Origin: Mytilus edulis
Taxonomy: Eukaryota
Assembly (NCBI RefSeq): GCF_963676685.1
Contig: NC_092352.1
Span: 49,104,001-49,168,000 of the forward strand
Direction: 5' to 3'
Length of the DNA: 64,000 bases
A program made the translations under genes and the position numbers. Every line of letters begins with the position of its first letter. Positions within the stretch are counted from its first letter, which is position 1. Positions 13,060 to 22,923 of the stretch are shown here, one piece after another. The notes beneath the pieces were generated by a model, which worked only from the letters and a program-made list of their open reading frames with translations, did no database searches and had not been told where the DNA came from.

Positions 13060-13616
13060 TTCATACGCTCGTCAACATTTTGACGGGACGTAAATGGTAT
13101 ACAAATGTCCGGTGTCCGTCGTACCGTCCGTCCGTCCGTCTCTCTGTCCGGTGTAAACATGTCGCACCGTAACTTGAGAACGACTTATCTAAATTTCATG
13201 AAACTTAATATAGTTGTTTTTTATGATGGTCAAATGATCTGTATACTTTTTGGTGAAAATAAGATTTAAACTTTTTGAGTTACGGCACTTAGTAACTAAA
13301 ACAGGGGTGTGTTTTTTTATTTTCACATGTCGCACCGTATCTCAAAAACGATTCTTGATTATTGCTTAAAACTTTACACACTTCTTAGTTATATTAATCT
13401 TAATATCTGTATACTTTTTGGTGATGATTCAAAATTTCATTTTTGAGTTATTGAGTATTTTGTAAAAAAGGGGGAGGGGGTTTTTACATGTCGCGCCGTA
13501 TCTCAAAAACAATAAATGGTTATTGCTTAAAACTTTCTCAGAAACTATTTATGATTGTTGCATAAAACTTCCACACAAGACGTCGGGCGTATCATGCGCT
13601 CATGGCGCAGCTGTTT
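13060..13616 (+). mobile_element. Helentron-associated non-autonomous element (HINE/pearl-like)
   Basis: Sub-TIRs atacgctcgtc / gacgtcgggcgtat, a (ccgt)n microsatellite, internal ~165-bp tandem repeats (acatgtcgcaccgta at ~13158, 13325, 13487), a 3' hairpin gcgctcatggcgc, and T-rich flanks. Confidence 0.8.
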
Positions 13617-13636
13617 ATTAACTTAATTTGATTCGA

Positions 13637-13680
13637 GCGTCACTGATAAGTATTTTGTAGACGAAACGCGCGTCTGGCGC
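13637..13680 (+). ncRNA. Type I hammerhead-ribozyme-like motif, probably inactivated
   Basis: gcgtca-CTGATAA-gtattttgtagac-GAAA-cgcgcg-TC-tggcgc. Stem I and a palindromic stem III are intact, but core G8 is changed to A. Confidence 0.65.
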
Positions 13681-13985
13681 AACTTCATATTTTACATTCT
13701 AGTATCTATCTATGGTGACTTTATGTAGATACCTTATAGCAGTATCCTGGCTCCAAGCTACTAATATTGGTCTTACTCTGAATTTCAGCGTAAAAAATAT
13801 CAAAAACCTCCCACATTCCAGACAAGCACAACGTTCATTGCGACACCATGAATTCAGCATTCCTGCTGTACCAATACTTAGATCTGAAATCGTTAATACA
13901 AGGCAATATACGATCGTCTTTAACGTTTTAATCAACTATTTCTGTTTTTTATATCGTTTTATTGCTTAAAGTTCAGTAGAATATA

Positions 13986-15254
13986 TGTAGGACTCGGAGG
14001 TGCGATAAGGACGCTGAAGTGCGATGGTCACGCTGAAGTGCGATGGTCCACGCCGAAGTACGATGGTCCTTTCGCTGAAGTGCGATGGTTTTGTGTATGA
14101 CGTTTGAATAATATGACGTTTTCAAAATACAACATGGATTCGCAGGCAGGAGAATAGGGTTTTGTAGATGAAGTTTTCATGTTAACAAAGAAAAGTAAGG
14201 AAATAAGAAAGAAACAAACAATTCAAGTCCCGAACAGTTTTAAGCATTACATGTTGAGGTTAAAAAAATATGTTAAAACATTTTAGGCAGCAAAGCGGCT
14301 AAAAGATGAACTTGGTCACCAAATTGGCTAACAATTATTCTGATTTATGCCGCAGACTTTTTGTACGATAAAAACAGTATACAAATCTAAATATTAATCT
14401 TAATCTATCTTACGGTAAGCGTCACATGATTTTATGTGGGCAATTTAACAATTAAAAAAAAAATATGATAGTATTAGCAATGTTTCTATGATTTTGCTAT
14501 ATCAAGTTCATATAATGTTGTTTTATTCTCGAGATATTTTTGTTTTGTTTTGAAAGAACACCGTCGCTCTTGGGTTTTTTTATGGTTTCAGTCTAAAACA
14601 TGTCAGACAGAAATTAACCTGACTAAACCCTACGTGTACTTCCCAATTTATCATCCTCATCTTTGTTTTTCGTGAAATAATTGACAAGCTTCGCTATTAG
14701 TAAAGCATAAATTTACTTGTCGGTATTTTTACTTCGTGGATACTGTTCCGACATTCAAGGTACAACATGTAAATATATAAATTGAAGAAGAATGTGAGCA
14801 ATTACTAAGTTTTATCATAATATTTAAGTAAATGAGATGGACACTTCTTAGTACTATTATAAAGACCTACACGCTGAATCTTTTTTATTATTTCTCCTTT
14901 GAACACCTTATTCTATACTCTTGCGTTCTAAAAGAATAATTGGAGACTTGGAAAATTAGATTAAAATAAAAATTAAAGTCTTTGATTTGATCTAAACAGA
15001 AGTTAAAACATCTTCCAAATAAGAGGCTAGCAGCCAAATATTAATGGTATTATTTTATTTCAACAGCCCATGTGCATTTTGCTTTTACTCAAAGTCTTAA
15101 GTTGGCCATCGCAGTACAGCGTAACCACCATCGCACTTCAGCATAAATATCAACAAGTTAACGTCACAATGTTACCATCGCACTTCAGAGTAGACCATCG
15201 CACTTCAGCGTGACCATCGCGGTTCGGAGTACCATCGCGGTTCCGAGTCCTACA
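13986..15254. mobile_element. 1.27-kb TIR element with subterminal repeats
   Basis: Termini tgtaggactcgga / tccgagtcctaca in a TA-rich site. Arrays of gctgaagtgcgatggt on the left and ccatcgcacttcag on the right. Confidence 0.85.
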
Positions 15255-15889
15255 TATATATATACATCTTCTTTTTTATATACTCAACCTTACCATACTA
15301 TTTGACCTACTGCGAGTTGGTCAGTTTTCACTGTTACTCCTAAAATATGGGTGCTGGGAAAACCAGCAAGTAAAATGGTCAGTATCAGAGCCTTGCGTTT
15401 AAAATGAATTCTCTTCTTTTGAGAAATATTTATTTTTGTCATCCAATTTTTCACCTGTTACAACTGCCTGTCTGTAGTTTTATGTTTTACATTAACTTTT
15501 AAGTGTCAGTATGTCTTCATTTCATTTCATTTTGTTTCGTTTCTTTCCGCTTTTATTTTGTTTTGCAGTTTACAAGTACCCCTCTTTTCGCCCCTTTTCT
15601 ATATTTGATATTTTAATCAAAAATTTAAAAAATCAAACTTTCAAAAAGTGAAATAATCAAAATTGCACGTTAGGTTTAGTATTTTAAAAGTTTGATCAAA
15701 TTTCTAAACTATCAAATGTATAAACGATATTTAGAATTTTAATATTTTAATTATTTGGTTAAAATTTCAAAATTTCAAAACTTTTACACAATTTGGAATA
15801 TTGATATTTTGAAACTTTGATCAAAATTCCAAAAATCTAAAATTTTAAAACTTTTTAAAACTTTGAATTGATAAGTGTTACACGGACCC

Positions 15890-16068
15890 CATTGGAATAC
15901 CGACTGTCTGTTGAAATATAAATCCTCCAAACTCAACAAATATATTGTCGATCAAAACGTCCAGCATTTTGATAATATCATCTTCTGTATATTTTCTGGG
16001 AGATTCAGTGTGATTTTTCACAAAATATGAATTATTGTAACCCAAAACAAGAAATTTGTATCTACGAT
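15890..16068 (-). pseudogene. Reverse transcriptase, upstream part (..LIDNIFVEFGGFIFQQTVGIPMG)
   Basis: Joins in frame to 10875 once the TIR element and one TSD are removed. Confidence 0.92.
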
Positions 16069-17269
16069 TTAAAATATTATACAATTATAGCTTACGTATG
16101 AATTCGATACAAAAGTATATTGACCTGACAGAACTTATTGACACCGGACAAAGTCCGAGGTCGATATACTTCTTCGGGTCGATATATATCCTGTTTTAAC
16201 CTAATACAAAGGCTATAACTGTTACAATATAAATGTCCGACTAGATTTGTACCAAACTCGTCAACATTACATTATCTTTTTTTCGATCATTTAATTTAGT
16301 TGGAATGTTATAGATATCATATTGTCACATATATTTGTTCTTATTAAAATCATTTTTTTATTTTTTTCTGTGTGTGTTAATCTTATACTTACAGTATTTT
16401 ATGGTTATTTTTTCAAATAACCCAACATAAATATAACCCTTTTTAAAAACTTTAGACATTATCCTGAAATTCATAACATGACTATATCGGTTTTGAGATA
16501 TTCTAAAAATTACCGTGCAATATCACTTTTGCTATCCGTCGTTTTCAATCTACCTTTGACAATACAGTTTAACATGTGACTTTCCTTGAACGAATCAAAT
16601 TAGTTTAAATATACGAAGATAATATAAAAAAAGAAGATGTGGTATGATCGCCAATGAGACAACTCACCACAAGAGACCAAAATGACACAGAAATTAAAAC
16701 CTATAGGTCACCGTACGGCCTTCAACAATGAGCAAAGCCCATAGTGCATATTCAGCTATAAAAGGCCCCGAAATGACAACGAAAACAATTCAAACGAGAA
16801 AACTAACGGCCTTTCAATTTATTTGCATTTCGAACATTATAAAATATGAAACAACAGACTTACTTAGAATTCAGATACATAGCTGTACTTGTAGAATCAA
16901 ACCAACACATTTAGTTATATAAATGCAGATTTAGTGTAACTTTTATTGGATCTTGAAAATTAAATTAGTTGATTAAGTTTATCTAGATTAGTTTATGTAC
17001 TATGAATAATTTACTAATGTTTTCTTTTCAATAATTATAAACGCTCACACTACTGTACAGGCTTAAATGATACTCAATATTTGTATAACAAAAACTGGTA
17101 TGTTATTGTAATGTATATGTGTTAATAATAAACTAACTACCAGTAAAGAATATGATGGCCCTTGTAAAAGAGAATGTTCGAGAACTTGTTGTTGATTGTA
17201 TATATTGGACACTTTCTGTTAAATGAATCTTCAAGACTCAAAGTGACTCGTAAAGAATCGAACACATTG

Positions 17270-17379
17270 TTAAAGACAGTCGCATGCGTAAGTTGCCCCT
17301 TAGAGATTTTTGTAGTTTTTTGCGTCGCAGGAATACTCATTACACTATTTTACACACCTGCTATACTGCATCCGTTCAT
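17270..17379 (-). pseudogene. Cys-rich exon-like remnant (module Z) with mytilin-like spacing
   Basis: ttccttacag acceptor then ERMQYSRCVK*CNEYSCDAKNYKNL*GATYACDCL*. Copies at 32435-32544, ~45253-45366 and ~51221-51334. Two internal stops. Confidence 0.3.
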
Positions 17380-20300
17380 CTGTAAGGAAATCATTATAAG
17401 CATTGTCTGATAATTTAACATATATTGTCATATGCTTATCAAAGTCACGTTTAAAAACACTTGTTTTCTATTTTGATTTGATTTTATTCTAAACTCCATA
17501 CTTTTCATAAGATAGTTGTATCCAATTAAAATATGTACCTGTCAAAATCATTCTATTTTATCTTATTCCATTGTTAAACTTTGATCTTATTCTCAATTAT
17601 AGAAATAAACCGCACAATCAAATTGAATTTGAAATATTTTATATAATCACAATACTATAATATTTATCATGTCGACATATATATATGTTTATATAAATCC
17701 GGCCGACATGAATCTTTCAAAAACTCTACGATATCATCCAGTAACTGATATTTCGGTCAAGGCTTCATTTACATATTCAATACATAAATTATTTAATTGT
17801 AGATACATTAATGTTATAACTACCTCAATCAAGATTGCGTAATACTTATCTGTAAAGGCTCATTTTATTTATGCCCTATCATATTTTGCAACAAAATGTG
17901 GGTTCCGAAATATTTGGTCGTGGTATCTCATAATGATTATTTGATTATTTAAGGAATGGCTGTAACATTTTTTTCTGTCTATGAAGAAATAACATAAAAA
18001 ATTTGGTGCACACTGAATAACGCGCGTAGCGGGTTATTAACAGTGTGCACCACATTTTTTATGTTATTTCGAATAGACAGAAAAAATATTACAGTCATTT
18101 CTTATAATTTAATTCTAAGTTTTTTTAAATGTTATATTTCCTTTTTTGTGCGTCTTTGTTATATATTTGTTTGTTTTGTTCTGATTGAGATTGTGACACG
18201 GTATTGATGGCTGTTTTCCTATTTTACCCATTATGTCTGTTTGGTCACGCATAGTTATAAATACAATGGAATTTAAGGCGACTGTTATACAAATGAGAGG
18301 TTTAGCGCTATCAAATCAGGTTCAATCCACCATTTTCTACATTTAAGAATGCCTTTACCAAGTCAGGAATATGACAGTTGTTGTCCATTCGTTTGATGTG
18401 TTTTATCATTTGATTTTGCCATTTGATTTGGGACTTCCGTTTTGAATTTTGCTCAGAGTTCAGTTTATATATATTTTTGTTATTTTACTTTTTTTCTTTT
18501 TGGTTTAAAAAAAATAGTTTTCTAATCCACACATAGCGATATTAAAACACTTCAAATTCTGTATTATAGTATTACAAGATACATTCATTTGCATTTCAAA
18601 CATTATAAAAAATGAAACAACTGACTTATTTTAAAGCCAGATAAATAGCTGCACTTTGTTTATCAAATCAACATAATTTGTTATACAAAAGCAGATTTAA
18701 TTGAATCTGGGTAAAAGTATGTACATGTATTATAAATAATTTACCCATTTTTTCTATTTAATCAATTATTAACACACCGCTCATAGTACTGCCTCATATT
18801 AATTCAATTACAACCTTAAAAAATGTTACTTATCACTTCTATATAAAAAACTGAAATAATATCTGAATATTGTAATGTGTTTATTATTAACGGAAATTAA
18901 GTAAAACATATGATGTGGTTCTCGAAAATGAGAATGTTCGAGAAATTGTTATTGACTGCATATATTTGACCTTTTTTGTTTAAAATCAGGCAGTGATGAA
19001 AACATAACAAACAAAAACACACCCATTTTGACAGTAACTTATGTAAAAATTGTATAATGGTGCACAAATACAACTTTAAATTCCTTCCCTGTTTTGGTAA
19101 TTCAAGATACAATTTGGAAGAAATGCACTACAAATTAAATATTAAGGCAAGCTGATTACGTCTTTCTAACCGGATTGAAATTATCAATAGATTTAGATTT
19201 ACCAGACAGACAGAAGCGATTGACATCCCTTTCTAACTCAGGATAAGGATAACTTAAAAATAGGTTGGTAAGGTTGGTGTTTTTTTTCTGGTCATGATTT
19301 TTTCTTTTGCCTTATTCTTAGAAAGACTGGAACCTAAGGTATTTACTATCTCTAAGACTCACAGGGACTCGATGTGGCAAAGCAATTGAAACTTTAAATT
19401 GTTAAATAAACTCATCATAGATACAAGGATTGAAATTTCATATTTATTTTTTATGATCATAATACTTAAACGTTTGATCCCCGTTGACATATGTATGTGT
19501 TACAAAATCCAGGTCGACATGAAAATTCATAAACTCCACGATCAGATCTATATACAAGTATTTCGGTCAAGGCTTCATATAAATTAAACGATGGAATAAC
19601 ATTTCTGTATATGAATTATATGCCTGAAGATCGATTGAGTTTATAACACATTAGCAATACTGATAGGCTATTAAAAAAAAAACATTCTCAATCCTTTGAA
19701 ACTAGGTTTCCAAAGTATTTTGTCGTGATTTCTAATGCAGATTATTCCAGAAGCATTGACTATTGCATATAACTTATGGCATATCTGGAATCCGCGACAA
19801 TTGAATTGAAAATAATAATAAGTGCGTCTTTGAATTCATTATAGAAAATATGTTAAACTATATACTGAGAAAAATAGTAAACGCACCAAACGTTGTTCTC
19901 AATAACATCGATGCTCTTTAACTTCATACTTTCGTATTTTATATGGTCTGTTAAATCTTTTTTATTCGCTTGTCGCTGAGAAGATTTTGTATACGAAACA
20001 CTCACCTGGCGAACACAATCATTATCCTAGAATATTTGATGGGTTTCTTTTTTTTATTTTAATATTTTTCACAAAATATTTTACGTAGTAACTGACAACT
20101 TATATAAACTGGATTGAGAAAAACTTGATAAAGGTATTCCTGCGATTATCAAGAAACAACAGATTTTATAAATTGAGGTGAAAATGTGTATTGGGTTGAA
20201 AAACAACTAGAAATCAGAAAACATATTTTCATTCCTTCGTGTAAAAATAACCTTGGTAAAACCTTTTTTTTTGTATTATTTAGAAATTGATACTCGAGAT

Positions 20301-21189
20301 CATTCTTCATATTTGCAGATAACAATGTCGATGCTGTCAATTAGTATTTTATGATCAATGTTGTACTGCTGAAAGAATCGGTACGTCATAGATTAAACAT
20401 TCGAGATGGCTATAATTTTTGTTAGCTGATTTTCACATTATATAGATAAAGGAAGATGTGGTATGAGTGCCAATGAGACACCACTCTATACAAGTCACAA
20501 TTTATAATAGTAAACCATTATAGGTCAAGATAAAGTTTACTCATTTTTACTCTGTTATTTTGTTATTTTGTTTTCAACTTTTAATTTGCCTAAATAATAG
20601 GGAACTATTATGGTTCAATCGTACTTCATACAGTTGAAGTGTGCTCATTTGTTTAACCTGACCTACATCAGACATTAAATATCCTCTATATCTTAATAAT
20701 GTGTTCAGCTAGGAACACTTGACATCACATAAAGAGACCAACCCAGGTTGTTTTTCAGTGACGGTGAACATTTGGTAAGTTTCATAACGCGTGAGGATTA
20801 ACTCGAATGATCAAATTTCAATATAATTATAAATGAGCCTCTGACGAGTTGTTCATTATTAAATAATATATCGAATATTGCATATTTGTGCAAATAATAA
20901 AGTACACGTCACAACCACAAGAGAATACAATATAATATGTTTTACCTGGAATTTTGTTTGTACTTGTCTATACCTTTGTTTTTTTATAGTTACTTTCCTG
21001 ATTTATTTGTAATAAACAAATGTTATTTTTAAAACATTGCGTCATCATATAATTATAGAAAATAATTGTTTTAGTGTATTCCTTGATGGAACTGTGTTCC
21101 TATATTTATTCATAAAATCTTATGAATTGTCTTAGGCGTGTTATATGACTTTATGTTATCACTTGTTTCTGGCTATTTCCACATGCCTT

Positions 21190-21293
21190 TCAGGAACAAT
21201 ATCGTTGGTATTCCGACGTCACTCTGTGAATACCAGGAAAAACAAATCAAAGATACGATTTAAATGAAAAACATAAAAGAAGAAGAAGAAAAT
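21190..21293 (-). pseudogene. Small peptide-like terminal exon (module Y) ending PGIHRVTSEYQRYCS*
   Basis: cctaatacttag acceptor and a hydrophobic start. Synonymous changes and a conserved TGA across three copies. AATAAA at ~21105 and TATAAA at 21914-21919 (minus strand). Contains an in-frame stop. Confidence 0.4.
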
Positions 21294-21334
21294 CTAAGTA
21301 TTAGGAGACAAGAAAATATATAATGAAAAATGCA

Positions 21335-21803
21335 AATTGAAGTCTGGAGCTGGCATGTCAGTTAACTGCTAGTAGTCTGTTGTTTTTTTATGTATTATTG
21401 TCATTTTGTTCATTTTCTTTGGTTACATCTTCTGACATCAGACTCGGACTTCTCTTGGACTGAATTTTAATGTGTGTATTGCTAGAGGTATAGGGGGAGG
21501 GTTGAGATCTCACAAACATGTTTAACCCCGCCGCATTGTTGCGCCTGTCCCAAGTCAGGAGCCTCTGGCCTTTGTTAGTCTTGTATTATTTTGGTTTTAG
21601 TTTCTTGTGTACAATTTGGAAATTAGTATGGCGTTCATTATCACTGAACTAGTATATATTTGTTCAGGGGCCAGCTGAAGGACGCCTCCGGGTGCGGGAA
21701 TTTCTCGCTACATTGAAGACCTGTTGGTGAGCTTCTGCTGTTGTTTTTTTCAATTGTCGGGTTGTTGTCTCTTTGGCACGTTCCACATTTCCATTCTCAA
21801 TTT
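21335..21803 (+). mobile_element. Young interspersed repeat (aagtctggagctggc...ccattctcaatt), probable non-autonomous retroelement
   Basis: Absent from the paralog at ~52978. Near-identical copies at ~27934-28949 and ~54280-54860 share the same right end and have variable left ends. Confidence 0.85.
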
Positions 21804-22677
21804 AAATACAATAAATGCATTTTTGCAAAATTTTATTATAGTTTTTGGCTATATATCTTCTGTTTATTTTCATATTACACCCTTTATCGACCCTCGTTTC
21901 AGACAAGAGCCGATTTATAGCTGAACGTTTTGCATATTTATAGAATAACTAATCGACGCGCATTCGTAAATTAATGTGTTGCTCGGTCACTCCTTGAATA
22001 TTTTTCGATATTTGAATTCTTTAATTAGTTATTTTTTTTATTACATTGGCAAATGGCTTTTTAAAGAAATTAATTTAAAACATATAAGGAACTATAGCTT
22101 TTTTCTATGCATTCATAATTTGTTTTGTTCCGCCGTCATCGACGTCTTGACAACGCCTATTGTTGTATGACGTCAGAGAGTGAAATAACCACTTTTATTT
22201 CACATGTGAAATTATCGGTTTTTATTTAACTCGGAAATCAATGTAATCCATTGCAACCATATATTGTAATATATATATATCTATTTTTGAAAACTGTAAG
22301 CTTCCTACTAGAGGTCTTTTTGTCATTTGTGTCGACCTTTATCCCACATCTTCTTTATTAATGTATTTATTGGTTCAAACATTGTTCTCATTGCATGATA
22401 TATAGGTTATCATATATCTTTATAATCACGTAGGAAGCACTAGTTTTTACATTTTAATTTTAATTTACCTTACATTTTATTCTTCCCATAACATTTTTAA
22501 ATCCAATTAAAACCGAGAGAAATATTCTTCCTGAAAATGGTGTCAGAAATCATTCTGTATTTTTTAATACCGGCATGAAACTTTGATCTTAATATCCATT
22601 ATTATTGAAATGAAAAAAGATTTTCCCAATGCATCTATATTTTAGTAATGCATAATCTCATTTAATATTGATTAATA

Positions 22678-22923
22678 TTATTTGTTATCTTCCTTCCCTT
22701 CGCCTATATCATTCTGCTCTGTTGTTCCGTAATTCTTGTATAAAGGCCTAGAGACGAGAGTAGGCCATATCATCGACATCACAATGTCAGGGGAGAAGAT
22801 ATCATTGAAATCACACTGTAGAAGGAAATGTTATTAAGCTTGCTTTCGTTAAGCGTAAAGTTGTCTTCGGGAAGGGAAAAGACTGGTAAAAGAATGATAA
22901 ACAGATAATCGTGTTTTTTTCTT
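22678..22923 (-). pseudogene. Signal-peptide-like small ORF remnant (module X)
   Basis: RKKHDYLFIILLPVFSLPEDNFTLNESK..., then after a frameshift ..FSPDIVMSMIWPTLVSRPLYKNYGTTEQNDIGEGKEDNK*. Paralog at 54057-54873. No ATG in this copy. Confidence 0.35.

Larger units (their letters stand above)
10877..15889. mobile_element. 5.0-kb non-autonomous DNA transposon with ~310-bp TIRs (Sola2-like ends)
   Basis: Termini gggtccgtgtaacac / gtgttacacggaccc. Inverted identity spans ~10877-11185 versus ~15569-15889. TSD is catt (or ccattg if the ends are GG/CC). Removal restores QTVGIPMGTNC. Confidence 0.92.
8870..16068 (-). mobile_element. 5'-truncated Penelope-like retroelement (RT at C terminus, Naiad-like) with nested insertions
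   Basis: Absent at the paralogous empty site (~31210, gtattaaaatattatac). Flanked by ttaaa at 8865-8869 and 16069-16073. RT halves at 15890-16068 and 10276-10876, followed by a 1.4-kb 3' region. Confidence 0.9.

Noticed and set aside
14010-14090. Short spaced repeats superficially like a CRISPR array
   Set aside because: Spacers are only a few bases, the repeats are mirrored at 15100-15245 as transposon subterminal repeats, and the context is eukaryotic with no cas genes.
15400-15460. QVKNW on the minus strand, resembling a homeodomain helix 3
   Set aside because: Lacks WFxNRR and the upstream helices, and lies inside a transposon.
17144-17194. Plus-strand KEYDGPCKRECSRTCC*
   Set aside because: Weak acceptor, and the frame and cysteines are not kept in the paralog at ~18900.
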